Virus record (IMG/VR): IMGVR_UViG_3300027653_000769
Span: 1 to 64,000 of that record
Length of the DNA: 64,000 bases
Direction: 5' to 3' (one strand)
DNA from: a virus
Taxonomy: Duplodnaviria > Caudoviricetes
Below are positions 41,229 through 50,809 of the stretch, piece by piece (position 1 is the first letter of the stretch; each line of letters starts with the position of its first letter). The translations under genes and the position numbers were made by a program. The notes below the pieces were generated by a model that worked only from the letters and a program-made list of their open reading frames with translations, was not told the origin of the DNA and did no database searches.

Positions 41229-41312
41229 ATGACAGTTTTCCAAAGTTTAATTCTCATGATTTCTTTTGGGAGTCTAATTGTAGCCATACTGTCATTTACA
41301 AACAAAAAATAA
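41229..41312 (+). CDS. Putative holin-like type I toxin (27 aa, MTVFQSLILMISFGSLIVAILSFTNKK)
   Basis: Strong RBS AAGGGGGTGA, single TM, KK end, terminator 41402-41436, 5'UTR/3'UTR complementarity; absent from the ORF track. Confidence 0.8.
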   Translation: MTVFQSLILMISFGSLIVAILSFTNKK

Positions 41313-41450
41313 CCACCCTATTTAGCCTGACGAGCATTTAGGTGGTTATTTTTTTGACCAACAATGTGAGTCACCCCATTGAAGGGTTGTTACACTGTAT
41401 GGACTGGATGGTGTTGACGCACCTTCCAGTCTTTTATTATTATATTAACA
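41305..41450 (-). ncRNA. Putative antisense antitoxin RNA (boundaries approximate)
   Basis: Bidirectional hairpin AAAAAATAACCACC...GGTGGTTATTTTTT at 41304-41355; possible -10 TATACT on the minus strand near 41460-41465. Confidence 0.45.
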
Positions 41451-41591
41451 TCTAATGATAGTATACCCTATTCATGAAATTTAATAAACATTTTTTATTT
41501 ATTAAGATTTTATTTAAGGAAATAAGTATAACATCAAAATAAGAGTTAATTTAAACGGGAATTAAATATCCCTGTTTTTAACATGTTTTAG

Positions 41592-41620
41592 TTTACATAT
41601 TATATAAAATAGTGTAATAT
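41592..41620 (+). promoter_or_regulatory. Conserved promoter/operator motif, copy 3
   Basis: TTTACA-tattatataaaatagtg-TAATAT. Confidence 0.75.
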
Positions 41621-41681
41621 AAATATATAGAAGATGACTTTATACCCACTGATAACGTATTAATAAAAAGGAGATACATAC

Positions 41682-44600
41682 ATGTATAAGAATTTAGGGG
41701 GGATCATACCTCAAAATAAACGGGAAGATATAAACAAAAAGATACTTTACTTAATTGAAAATAATTTATGTAATAAATACAACGTTAATCACGAAGATAT
41801 ATTTAATAGCTATACGGGAGATGGAGGGTTACATGGGTTAGAATTCACCAATTACAACAGTTTCCATGCATATACAGAAGCAAAGAAAGAACAAGAACAG
41901 GGTCAGTTCTTCACACCACATCATCTTTCTAAGTTTTTAGTTGATTGTTTAAAACCCCAAAAACAAGATATGGTTGCCGATTTAACATGTGGAATGGGTA
42001 ACTTCTTTAACTACCTACCAACACAAGAAAATGTATATGGGAATGAACTTGATATAAAAGCGTATAAGGTAGCTAAACATCTATATCCAAATGCAAATAT
42101 AACCAATCAAGATATACGGTATTTTAATACAGATGTACAGTTTGATATTGTTTTAGGTAATCCTCCTTTCAATCTGAAATGGACATATAAAGATGGGGAA
42201 TACAGCAGCCAATTAGTTTACTGTATGAAGGCATATGAGTTATTAAAACAGGGAGGAATGATGGCTCTAATCGTTCCTAGTAGCTTTCTGAAAGATGATT
42301 TCATTGATAGTGGAGTTATCAAGAAAATAGATAATATGTTCAATTTCATATTTCAGGCTGATTTACCTAAAAACAGTTTTAAGAATGTTGGTGTCGATGT
42401 ATTTGAAACCAAGATAATGATCTTCCAAAAGAAAGGCAGTCATTTAACAGATAAGCCATATTCCATTCAATACAGGGAAGAAGTAACAGATACAGAAAAT
42501 GATAGCAAACGACTATATAAAACGTATGTAGAGCCTATTATAAGCGATAGAGATAAGATCAAGAATCAATTAATGTTGGAAAATGCCCAAAAAGGACAAG
42601 AGGAAAGGGATTTTCAGTATAGAGTAAAGAAGTTACTGTTCGATATTAAAAGAAACAAGAAACTAAAAAAGTATCATGAAAAGAGTGAACAGTATGTAAC
42701 AAGATATTATACACAAAGAAAGCCAGATGACATGGAGTATGATCAATGGTTAAAAGTACGATTAACTAAAAACAAGGTAATCAGTTATTTGAAAACAGCA
42801 TTAAAAAAACAACATCAGAATGAACAGGATAAAATCGAACTTGTTAAAACAAGATACGGATTGAAACTCAAACCATACAGCCGAAAGAAACAAATTCAAC
42901 TTTCCAAGGAATATAAGCATAAACCCACATCCTTAACATTTAATGAAATGATAGAGAAAGGGATATATCCTTTTGAGAATAAGAAATATGCACAACTTGT
43001 AGAGAAAAAGAGGAAAGAATATAAAAGACAGGAATTGGATTTTTCCGATGTAGAACCGGGAGAGGATGTTAAGAAATTTTTAGAGTCATTTGAACTTGTA
43101 GATACAGATAATAATGAAGTAATTAAGCCTAATGAAATTCAGAAGATAGATAGCGGTAAGATGTTAGAAAAGAATTATGGTTATTTACAATGGGATACAG
43201 GAGCAGGAAAGAGTATTTCCGGGATCGCTCAAATGGTTTACAGATTAAAGAATAAGCAAGTAAGAAATGTCTATTTAGTAGCCCCAGCAATTGCAATTAA
43301 TAATAATTGGGATGATATTCTTAAAAGCTACAAAAAGGATTATATACGAATCAATAAGCTATCAGACATAACGAATATTAAACAGGGACAAATTGTAATT
43401 ATGACATATAACATGTTGGTAAAGTATAAGCGCTTTATTAAGAAAGATGTAAAGATGAAAAATAACAAAGTTATGTTTGTATTGGACGAGGCAGACGGTA
43501 TAGCGAATCCATCTTCAAAACGGACAAAAGCGGTATTAGATTGTTTTAGAAGAGTAAAATATAAACTACTTATGTCCGCTACAAGCACAAGAAATAATAT
43601 ACCTGAGTCCTTTACAGCCTTTGAAATGCTTTATAACAATTCCATCAATATGACGTGTCATGCAGATACCATTTACATGGAAGATCGTAAAACAAAGGAA
43701 TTAGTAAATAAACCTAACGAATTGTATAAGAAGCCGTTCCCTGCATACAGAAAAGGGCACACTTTATTTAAAAGGGCATTTTCACCCGAAAAAGCAAGCG
43801 TTTTTGGAGTAGGAAAGATGAATCAAGACATTTACAATAAAGACATTCTAAAACAATTAATAGATAAAACCATGATTACAAGAACATTTGAGGAAGTAAG
43901 CGGAAAGGATATATATAAAATTGTCCAAAACACATGTAAATTTAATTACCATGAAAAAGCGTTATATAAGATCATTGTGGATGAATTTTATAAATTAAGT
44001 CATTTATTCCGATCAACAGGGAACACAAGAAAGGATGCCATGCTTAAGATCATGCATCAATTAAACAGTCTTTTAAAAGCATGTGTTACACCTAATGACT
44101 TTTCTGATTATGGGACAACAAAAACACCTACAAAGGCTATTGAAACAATAAACAAGTTAAATACATGGGAAAATGAAATAGCAGTAATAGGGTGTACACA
44201 TTTAAAGACAGTAGAAACATATAAAAGATACATTCAAGAGCAATTCCCAAACAGGCCTTTATTTGTTATTACGGGGGAGATCTCTTTAAGCAGGAGAAAG
44301 GAAATTGTTCAAGAATTAAAGGAAACGACAAACGGAATCTTACTATGTACACAACAGTCCCTTTCAAGCAGTATGAATATTGATTTTGTGAATAGGGTTC
44401 TTATTATTGAAATGATGTGGAACTTTGCAGCACACAAACAATTCTTTGCGAGGTTCATCCGCTACACATCTAAGCAACAAAAAGAGATTCACTTTTTAAC
44501 AGCAGAGAATACGATTGAATCTAACCTTTTAAAGTTGATCATGGACAAAGAAAGGCTGAATTCATTCATGAAAAATGATGATGTTGAAGAATCTGAAGTG

Positions 44601-44708
44601 ATGGATCGGTTTGGAGTGGATTACGATATTTTAAATATGCTTTTAACCAAAGAAACAGACGAGGACGGAAACAGTTATATTAACTGGGGAAATCAAAAGG
44701 TAGTTTAG
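41682..44708 (+). CDS. N6-adenine DNA methyltransferase fused to an SF2/SNF2-like helicase
   Basis: GQFFTP, DLTCGMGNF (motif I), GNPPF (motif IV); WDTGAGKS, LDEAD, MSAT and helicase C-terminal motifs. Confidence 0.9.
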   Translation: MYKNLGGIIPQNKREDINKKILYLIENNLCNKYNVNHEDIFNSYTGDGGLHGLEFTNYNSFHAYTEAKKEQEQGQFFTPHHLSKFLVDCLKPQKQDMVADLTCGMGNFFNYLPTQENVYGNELDIKAYKVAKHLYPNANITNQDIRYFNTDVQFDIVLGNPPFNLKWTYKDGEYSSQLVYCMKAYELLKQGGMMALIVPSSFLKDDFIDSGVIKKIDNMFNFIFQADLPKNSFKNVGVDVFETKIMIFQKKGSHLTDKPYSIQYREEVTDTENDSKRLYKTYVEPIISDRDKIKNQLMLENAQKGQEERDFQYRVKKLLFDIKRNKKLKKYHEKSEQYVTRYYTQRKPDDMEYDQWLKVRLTKNKVISYLKTALKKQHQNEQDKIELVKTRYGLKLKPYSRKKQIQLSKEYKHKPTSLTFNEMIEKGIYPFENKKYAQLVEKKRKEYKRQELDFSDVEPGEDVKKFLESFELVDTDNNEVIKPNEIQKIDSGKMLEKNYGYLQWDTGAGKSISGIAQMVYRLKNKQVRNVYLVAPAIAINNNWDDILKSYKKDYIRINKLSDITNIKQGQIVIMTYNMLVKYKRFIKKDVKMKNNKVMFVLDEADGIANPSSKRTKAVLDCFRRVKYKLLMSATSTRNNIPESFTAFEMLYNNSINMTCHADTIYMEDRKTKELVNKPNELYKKPFPAYRKGHTLFKRAFSPEKASVFGVGKMNQDIYNKDILKQLIDKTMITRTFEEVSGKDIYKIVQNTCKFNYHEKALYKIIVDEFYKLSHLFRSTGNTRKDAMLKIMHQLNSLLKACVTPNDFSDYGTTKTPTKAIETINKLNTWENEIAVIGCTHLKTVETYKRYIQEQFPNRPLFVITGEISLSRRKEIVQELKETTNGILLCTQQSLSSSMNIDFVNRVLIIEMMWNFAAHKQFFARFIRYTSKQQKEIHFLTAENTIESNLLKLIMDKERLNSFMKNDDVEESEVMDRFGVDYDILNMLLTKETDEDGNSYINWGNQKVV

Positions 44709-44728
44709 AAAGAAAAGGAGGATCTTAA

Positions 44729-44992
44729 ATGGACAAAGTTTTTTCTGTTGATAGGGAAGTGCTATTTTATTCATTTAGGTATGCTTTGGGAAGACGGACT
44801 TTTGCACCAAGCAATGTTGTTGAAAATATAAAAGCAAACATCCAACGTGTAAGCGATGGTGATATGAAAGCATATATTAAAGAAATAAATAAGTGCAATT
44901 ATTTTGGAGATAAAATGGATGAAAGGTTTTGGAAAGAGTTTAAAGATTATTTAGAGGATGAATTAAAGCAACGAAACTCAAATGAAGGGTAG
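44729..44992 (+). CDS. Hypothetical phage-like protein
   Basis: RBS AAAGGAGG; FRYALGRRT. Confidence 0.75.
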   Translation: MDKVFSVDREVLFYSFRYALGRRTFAPSNVVENIKANIQRVSDGDMKAYIKEINKCNYFGDKMDERFWKEFKDYLEDELKQRNSNEG

Positions 44993-45024
44993 GAATTACC
45001 TACCCTTTAAGCATAAAATTAATG

Positions 45025-45053
45025 TTGACACCTAATATAATGTAGTGTAATAT
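45025..45053 (+). promoter_or_regulatory. Conserved promoter/operator motif, copy 4
   Basis: TTGACA-cctaatataatgtagtg-TAATAT. Confidence 0.78.
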
Positions 45054-45111
45054 AATGGGTAGATAGGACAGCACGATATATAATAAACAATAAAAAATGG
45101 AGGAAATTGAA

Positions 45112-45651
45112 ATGAATAAAACCTTAAAGATTACATCAAATCCATACAGAATAACTATGGTTGTTAAGTTAATTGAAAAGGGAGATAAATGGGGATTGCG
45201 GGATATGCTTACATATGACGAGGAAGATCCAATGGTAGAATTTAATACAGAATATGGGGGATATATATCAAGATATTATTTATCAACTTTTACGAAGGAT
45301 AATGAGGGTATTTGGTTAGAAGGATCTGATGAAACATTGACGATAGACGGAGAAAACAAAAAAGAGATTGTTGAATGGATTAATAGTGTTACGAAGAAAA
45401 AGGATAATGGAGAACCGAAAAAATTACAGGAGTTAAACAAATTCACCGAGATAGTACATAAATTAGGAGAGAAGATGCTAGAAGAGTCGGAGGATTATGC
45501 AGAGGAAAGGGTAAATACTCCACCAGAAAAAGTAATGATAACGATTTCCATTAAAGGAAACAACATAGAAATCCCTTTAACAGCGACATCTTATGATGGA
45601 ATAGTTGAACTCTTAGAAGAGGAAAAAGAATATGTAGAAAAGGGATACTGA
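45112..45651 (+). CDS. Hypothetical protein
   Basis: RBS GGAGGA before ATG 45112. Confidence 0.75.
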   Translation: MNKTLKITSNPYRITMVVKLIEKGDKWGLRDMLTYDEEDPMVEFNTEYGGYISRYYLSTFTKDNEGIWLEGSDETLTIDGENKKEIVEWINSVTKKKDNGEPKKLQELNKFTEIVHKLGEKMLEESEDYAEERVNTPPEKVMITISIKGNNIEIPLTATSYDGIVELLEEEKEYVEKGY

Positions 45652-45812
45652 CTAAAAGGATATCCATTACTATTAGAGGGTGGGAGTATTCCCATCCATT
45701 AATTATAAAAAATAATCGATATATAATAAAATGTAATGTCAACAGATGTTTAGATAATAAATACCATTTAACAGATAAAACAATGTGTAATAATGCACTG
45801 GGAGGAATTAGA

Positions 45813-46166
45813 ATGAAAAAAATAACTCGAGATCGATTACAAACATTTAATAATAAGGTTATCCAATTAATTAAACATCATGGAGCAGTAGATAGTAATT
45901 TATCGGGGTATGATTATAAAATTGAAACAGAGGAATTAGGAAATTTCCATATTAAAATAGAAGATGAAGATATGGGGGGAAGAAGCGTAATTTACTCTAT
46001 ATATGGCAGATTTGAAGATGTAAATAAGGCATACAATTACTTGGTTATGGCTGGAGGAAATATTTATAACGGTAAGCTAAATTATCATGATTATGAATCA
46101 GATAGTTGTATCAGTCGATTAGAGACAATGCTAAATAGATTCTCACTAGCAAGTTTGAGTGTATAA
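45813..46166 (+). CDS. Hypothetical protein
   Basis: RBS GGGAGGA before ATG 45813. Confidence 0.75.
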   Translation: MKKITRDRLQTFNNKVIQLIKHHGAVDSNLSGYDYKIETEELGNFHIKIEDEDMGGRSVIYSIYGRFEDVNKAYNYLVMAGGNIYNGKLNYHDYESDSCISRLETMLNRFSLASLSV

Positions 46167-46205
46167 GAAACTAATAAGGGTTTAAATAAAAAAGGAGAAA
46201 TAAAC

Positions 46206-46421
46206 ATGAGAACAAGAATGAATAAAACTGAAAACAATTTACAGACGGTTTGGGAGCAATTAGACAACGCAAGTGGAGAACTGGATAATGCATTAACAAA
46301 TTTAGGTATGATGAGAAATATTCCAGGAGAAGTGAAGAAAAGTATTGATTTAATTGATACGTCACAAATCGTAAATTTAAAAAATGAGATTGAGAAATTA
46401 ATGAATAAAAAGGATCAGTAA
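46206..46421 (+). CDS. Small helical hypothetical protein
   Basis: RBS AAAGGAG; terminator 46437-46477. Confidence 0.7.
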   Translation: MRTRMNKTENNLQTVWEQLDNASGELDNALTNLGMMRNIPGEVKKSIDLIDTSQIVNLKNEIEKLMNKKDQ

Positions 46422-46571
46422 TACAATAGAAAAGGTAAAAGGGAGGGGTAGGTAACGTACCATCCCTTTTTCTTTTTCATGGTAAGAAAAGACAAAGAAA
46501 CAGATAAATAACTGATAGAATAAATAAACCAATAAACAATGATATACATAAAGAAGAAAGGAAGGGAAAGT

Positions 46572-47126
46572 TTAGTCAGTAATAATTTCATATCCCGTAA
46601 CTAATTTATTATTATTGAAACAAATCACAAGCATTTGATCATCAATTGGAATTAATCCTTTTTCATCACCTAGAAAATAGGAAATGTTACCCTCATCGTC
46701 TACTTTACTTGGTCTACCTAATAAATTTATTACTTCATCTTTATTCATTTCGACCAGTTCATAATGGTTCAAGAAATCTTCTACCATATAAGACCTATCT
46801 TGTGAGTTAGTTAACCACTTCTCAACGGTGAATTGCATACGATGTTCATTCAATCCCATCATGAATAAACATATAATAGGAAAAACTATACTGATAGTGG
46901 TAATAAGCATGGTCTTATTTTTAGAGATTTTAACATTATTTGATTTGTCCTTTTTCACAAGGAACAATAATATTAACAATAAAAATATTAAAGGAATCAA
47001 TATTATTGACATACTTATAATACCAAAGGTTGTTCGGTCTAAGTCTATTAGTACTAGGAAAATAGTATAAAGTAATACATAGACAATCATAGATGACCAA
47101 AGGAATATATTTGTTATTTTTGACAT
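46572..47126 (-). CDS. 3-TM membrane protein with SmpA/BamE-like C-terminal motif
   Basis: RBS GAGGTGA; FTVEKW...RSYMVEDFL...MNKDEVINLLGRP. Confidence 0.7.
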   Translation of the reverse strand: MSKITNIFLWSSMIVYVLLYTIFLVLIDLDRTTFGIISMSIILIPLIFLLLILLFLVKKDKSNNVKISKNKTMLITTISIVFPIICLFMMGLNEHRMQFTVEKWLTNSQDRSYMVEDFLNHYELVEMNKDEVINLLGRPSKVDDEGNISYFLGDEKGLIPIDDQMLVICFNNNKLVTGYEIITD

Positions 47127-47536
47127 TATTTTTTCACCTCAATATTATAAAATTCTTAAATCATACTTCAGATTCTCAAGTTTAAGTTGATACACATCAT
47201 AAAACATAAGAATACCCTCTTATTATAAAATAATTGTAACACTTTAGAAGCGAGTATTGGAAGGTTTTTTATAGAGCTTGAAATAAGGAACACCTTCCAA
47301 TATACTTTTTGATTATTTTATAAAAAAACGCCCCCCCAAATCATAAAGGAAATTGATATCCAGACCTAAAACGCTTTTAAATAAGTTGAAAGACGCATCA
47401 TAATATTTAAATCTAATTTATAAGTTATAATAATCTTTCTAAAATTTTCAATGTACTTAATGTAGATTATTGATTTGCTATTTAAATAGTTTGTGATAGT
47501 ATAAATATGGTAAAAATAATTTTAGGAGGAATTTGA

Positions 47537-48367
47537 TTGAAAAAAAAGTTGTTGATAGCAGGTGCTTCTTTAGCATTAACTTTAGGTGTTGCAACACCTT
47601 CCTTTGCATCCAGTGATACACCTAAGGAAACAGAGCCATTCAATTATTCTACTTTTAAGGAAACCTATTACTCTAGCATTCCAGAAGAAGTTAAGAATTA
47701 TGAAGTAGATACGGAAATAGGTAATGGCGAATATTACTTGACAGATGAAGAGGTAACCACGGTCACGTTCGAATCGTTAATTGCTATTAACGAAAAAATT
47801 AAAGATGATAACATTTTAGAGTTATATTCAGAAGAAAAAGCAAATGAAATTGTAGCTAAACTTATTAAGGAAAGTATTAATGACACTGAAGGAACCAAAA
47901 GTAGATCTTATGATTATGAGATTCCAGGATGGGATAATTTAAATAGTGCAGAAAAAGATTTAGCTAAAAAGCATCCTATAGAATTTACCAGTTATGCTCT
48001 CACAGCAGTTGCGGCAGGTAATCTAGCTGAAGCTTACTACGGTGAATCTCAATTATATCAAGGAAATGGTGACGCTTTCAGACATTCTTATTGGAATGCA
48101 ATTCTTGTACAAGAATTAGGAAATGATCCTCTACACGGAACTCAGAGAGCACGTACTTGGACTACCGCACATGAAGCAACTTCGTCTGGAAATGACAAAG
48201 AGATGGATTTATTTAATAACGAAGTTGGAATATACCATGCATACTTGAATTTTAATGACACAAGATCACAACTAAGTGACGCTTTAAGAAAACAAGTATC
48301 ACAAGGCGGATTGGTTAGAATTGTAGGAGGAGAGTTAGCTGCTACCAGTGGAGTAACTGGAAAGTAA
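47537..48367 (+). CDS. Secreted protein with DUF6973-like domain
   Basis: Signal peptide (SFA-S); GDAFRHSYWNA...AHE...EMDLFNNEVG. Confidence 0.7.
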   Translation: MKKKLLIAGASLALTLGVATPSFASSDTPKETEPFNYSTFKETYYSSIPEEVKNYEVDTEIGNGEYYLTDEEVTTVTFESLIAINEKIKDDNILELYSEEKANEIVAKLIKESINDTEGTKSRSYDYEIPGWDNLNSAEKDLAKKHPIEFTSYALTAVAAGNLAEAYYGESQLYQGNGDAFRHSYWNAILVQELGNDPLHGTQRARTWTTAHEATSSGNDKEMDLFNNEVGIYHAYLNFNDTRSQLSDALRKQVSQGGLVRIVGGELAATSGVTGK

Positions 48368-48468
48368 AATCTAATATACCATTAGTCTAAGAGAAACATA
48401 GATAAGAAGACAGGATGGCAATACCCAAGGGATAGATATATTATCTATCCCTTTTTTACATAAAATGA

Positions 48469-48497
48469 TTTACATTTATTTAAATATAGTGTAATAT
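48469..48497 (+). promoter_or_regulatory. Conserved promoter/operator motif, copy 5
   Basis: TTTACA-tttatttaaatatagtg-TAATAT, then GTTAGATAAG. Confidence 0.75.
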
Positions 48498-48691
48498 TAT
48501 AGTTAGATAAGAAAGAAGAAAAGAGGGCGATAAAATTCCCATCCTCTTTTTTGATAAGAATTTAAGCATTAGACATCTAAAAGACTGATAGAATTTAGAA
48601 CTACAAACAGTAGTTACGGAAGTGAAGATCTTTAACAGAGTTATTATAAAATAAAGTGTAATTAATTCCATAAAAGAGGGAGATGATTTAG

Positions 48692-48904
48692 GTGGAAAAT
48701 CTAGTTAAAGTCATTGGAATAATAACCGCAGTAGCCTTATCAACAATTATTGGAATGTTAGCTTTCACAGGAGACACCTTTTGGTTAGGGTTACTGTTCG
48801 GATTATATATAGGAATGTGGTTAGGAGGTGTTTACAAGAGATCAAATCAACGAATAGAGGTAGATGAAGAAGTCACTTCAACAGATAGAGGGGGGTTTAA
48901 ATGA
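48692..48904 (+). CDS. Small 2-TM protein
   Basis: RBS GAGGGAG, hydrophobic. Confidence 0.65.
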   Translation: MENLVKVIGIITAVALSTIIGMLAFTGDTFWLGLLFGLYIGMWLGGVYKRSNQRIEVDEEVTSTDRGGFK

Positions 48905-49140
48905 AAAACAGGGTAATGACCTTACCTATTGGAACTAATTTCCATGTCGATAATGGGCTTTGGAATGGGAGAATTATAGAAGAAAATGGAGTAAGATATT
49001 TATTAGTATTGGAAACAGGCAGTAAAATAAAGCTTCCAAATAGGGATGTTACAGAAGATCTTGAAATTATTACAGAGGAAGAACAGATAAAAAGAGAAGA
49101 GGAGTGGAGAAAGGAATGGGAAAAAACCGGATACCTGTAA
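48901..49140 (+). CDS. Hypothetical protein
   Basis: RBS GAGGGGG, coupled to the upstream stop. Confidence 0.7.
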   Translation: MKNRVMTLPIGTNFHVDNGLWNGRIIEENGVRYLLVLETGSKIKLPNRDVTEDLEIITEEEQIKREEEWRKEWEKTGYL

Positions 49141-49189
49141 GGAAGAAAGAGTGATAGGTGGTTTTGTGCATAAAATAGGAGGGGTATAA

Positions 49190-49822
49190 GTGAATAGCCA
49201 AAAAAAGAAACACGATAGTTACGCATTATTGAGTTTGTCGAAAGTAAGCCATGGGAAGGAAACAGAATTATTTGGGAGTAGCATTAAACATAATAATACA
49301 GTTAGGTTAAGCATTAAACCTGCTGCAGTAGACAGACATCTAAATACAGATAGGTATTATAACGCGGGAAGAGAGTACATTGAAGTAGAAATGTCCTATT
49401 CTCAATTTGCCGAGGCAATGGTGTCAATGAATCAAGGAGAAGGAATACCTTGTACATTAAAGTATTTAAATGGAAAGAAGATAGATACACCGACATTTGA
49501 CAATAAGCGTTTGGAATTTGAAAATGAGTTTTCAGATAAAATGAAAGAAATAGGCAATAAATTAAAACAGCTAACAGAAGAGGCAGAAGATATTTTAGAA
49601 AATAAGAAGACCGTTAATAAAGGCGATAGGAATCAGATACTAGGGCAAATCAAAAGTTTACATCAAGAGGTAAATTCTAATATACCATTCTTTTTCACAA
49701 TGTTTAACGAACAAATGGATAAAACTGTAACTGAAGCTAAGGGAGAAATTGAGGCCTTTACACAAAATAAAGTTAATACATTGGGAATGGAAAAGATGGA
49801 TGATTTAACTAAATTGAAATAG
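49190..49822 (+). CDS. Hypothetical phage-like protein
   Basis: RBS AGGAGGGG, 210 aa. Confidence 0.75.
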   Translation: MNSQKKKHDSYALLSLSKVSHGKETELFGSSIKHNNTVRLSIKPAAVDRHLNTDRYYNAGREYIEVEMSYSQFAEAMVSMNQGEGIPCTLKYLNGKKIDTPTFDNKRLEFENEFSDKMKEIGNKLKQLTEEAEDILENKKTVNKGDRNQILGQIKSLHQEVNSNIPFFFTMFNEQMDKTVTEAKGEIEAFTQNKVNTLGMEKMDDLTKLK

Positions 49823-49877
49823 CTTGGCGATACTAACAAACATTTAACAGTAAAAAAAGAAAGAGGTAAATATAAAT

Positions 49878-50021
49878 ATGGATATAGATAAAGCAAAATT
49901 AGTTAAGTGGCTAAAAGAAGAAAAACATGGTTGTAAAGTAAGAGGAGAACAGGAAAGAGAAAATGCCTGTTCAGAGTTACTACTCAAGATTAACCGTGGA
50001 TACTTCAATAAGGGAAAGTGA
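49878..50021 (+). CDS. Small hypothetical protein (47 aa)
   Basis: RBS AGAGGT; below the ORF-track cutoff. Confidence 0.5.
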   Translation: MDIDKAKLVKWLKEEKHGCKVRGEQERENACSELLLKINRGYFNKGK

Positions 50022-50084
50022 AAATAGTTCTGTTTCTAATAAAGGGAAGTAATTGACACATATTGAGAAAGAGGGAGAAGTTAA

Positions 50085-50225
50085 ATGTTAGCAAAATTAC
50101 AACTGTGGTTTTTCAGTAGAGGTGCTGCTAAAGAAGACTATTGTTTATGGGATCGATTTGGAAATATCATACAAGATATAAGAACAAACATTAATACAAG
50201 GATCGTTACAAATAAGAAGGTGTAA
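50085..50225 (+). CDS. Small hypothetical protein (46 aa)
   Basis: RBS GAGGGAG; below the ORF-track cutoff. Confidence 0.5.
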   Translation: MLAKLQLWFFSRGAAKEDYCLWDRFGNIIQDIRTNINTRIVTNKKV

Positions 50226-50228
50226 ATA

Positions 50229-50513
50229 TTGAATTTAAAAGCGATTGTTTCAGGTTATATTTACAAAAATGAAAAATCAGAAAAAGATATTGAAATATTA
50301 ACCCAAGTAGATAATGACGAAAATGACACAGAGGCTTTTTGCGGAATTGCCGATGCTTTATTAGATAAGATCGACACAGGAGATAGAGAAGATTATTATT
50401 ACATGGCTATTGTTGAAGCTAAATTAGTAACACATCGAGGAATAGACTATACGGAATATGACACAGAATACTATGTCAATGAAATCAAAAGTATTGAAGA
50501 TATTAGTGCCTAG
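50229..50513 (+). CDS. Small acidic hypothetical protein
   Basis: RBS AAGGTG, TTG start. Confidence 0.65.
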   Translation: MNLKAIVSGYIYKNEKSEKDIEILTQVDNDENDTEAFCGIADALLDKIDTGDREDYYYMAIVEAKLVTHRGIDYTEYDTEYYVNEIKSIEDISA

Positions 50514-50522
50514 TACGAGGGA

Positions 50523-50705
50523 GTGGAAACTAAAATGTATTATATTGTGTGTTTAAATGAAGGAGAATTTCTATTCGATTATGATTTATCAACTAATCAA
50601 ATAGAAGTAACCTCTATGGATATCGAAGCCAGACAATTTGAATCTAAAGTAAAAGCAAATTATGTAGCTGAACGTATCGGGGGAAAAGTAAAAGAAATCA
50701 ATTAG
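50523..50705 (+). CDS. Small hypothetical protein
   Basis: 60-aa ORF in array; start uncertain (50523 or 50535). Confidence 0.55.
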   Translation: METKMYYIVCLNEGEFLFDYDLSTNQIEVTSMDIEARQFESKVKANYVAERIGGKVKEIN

Positions 50706-50809
50706 AATCACCCCATTTAAATACAAGAGGGATATTAATGTGTATACTTCCACAATATACTATAACTACGTAATCAACTATATGAGATAATAGTATAGAG
50801 GTGAGATAT

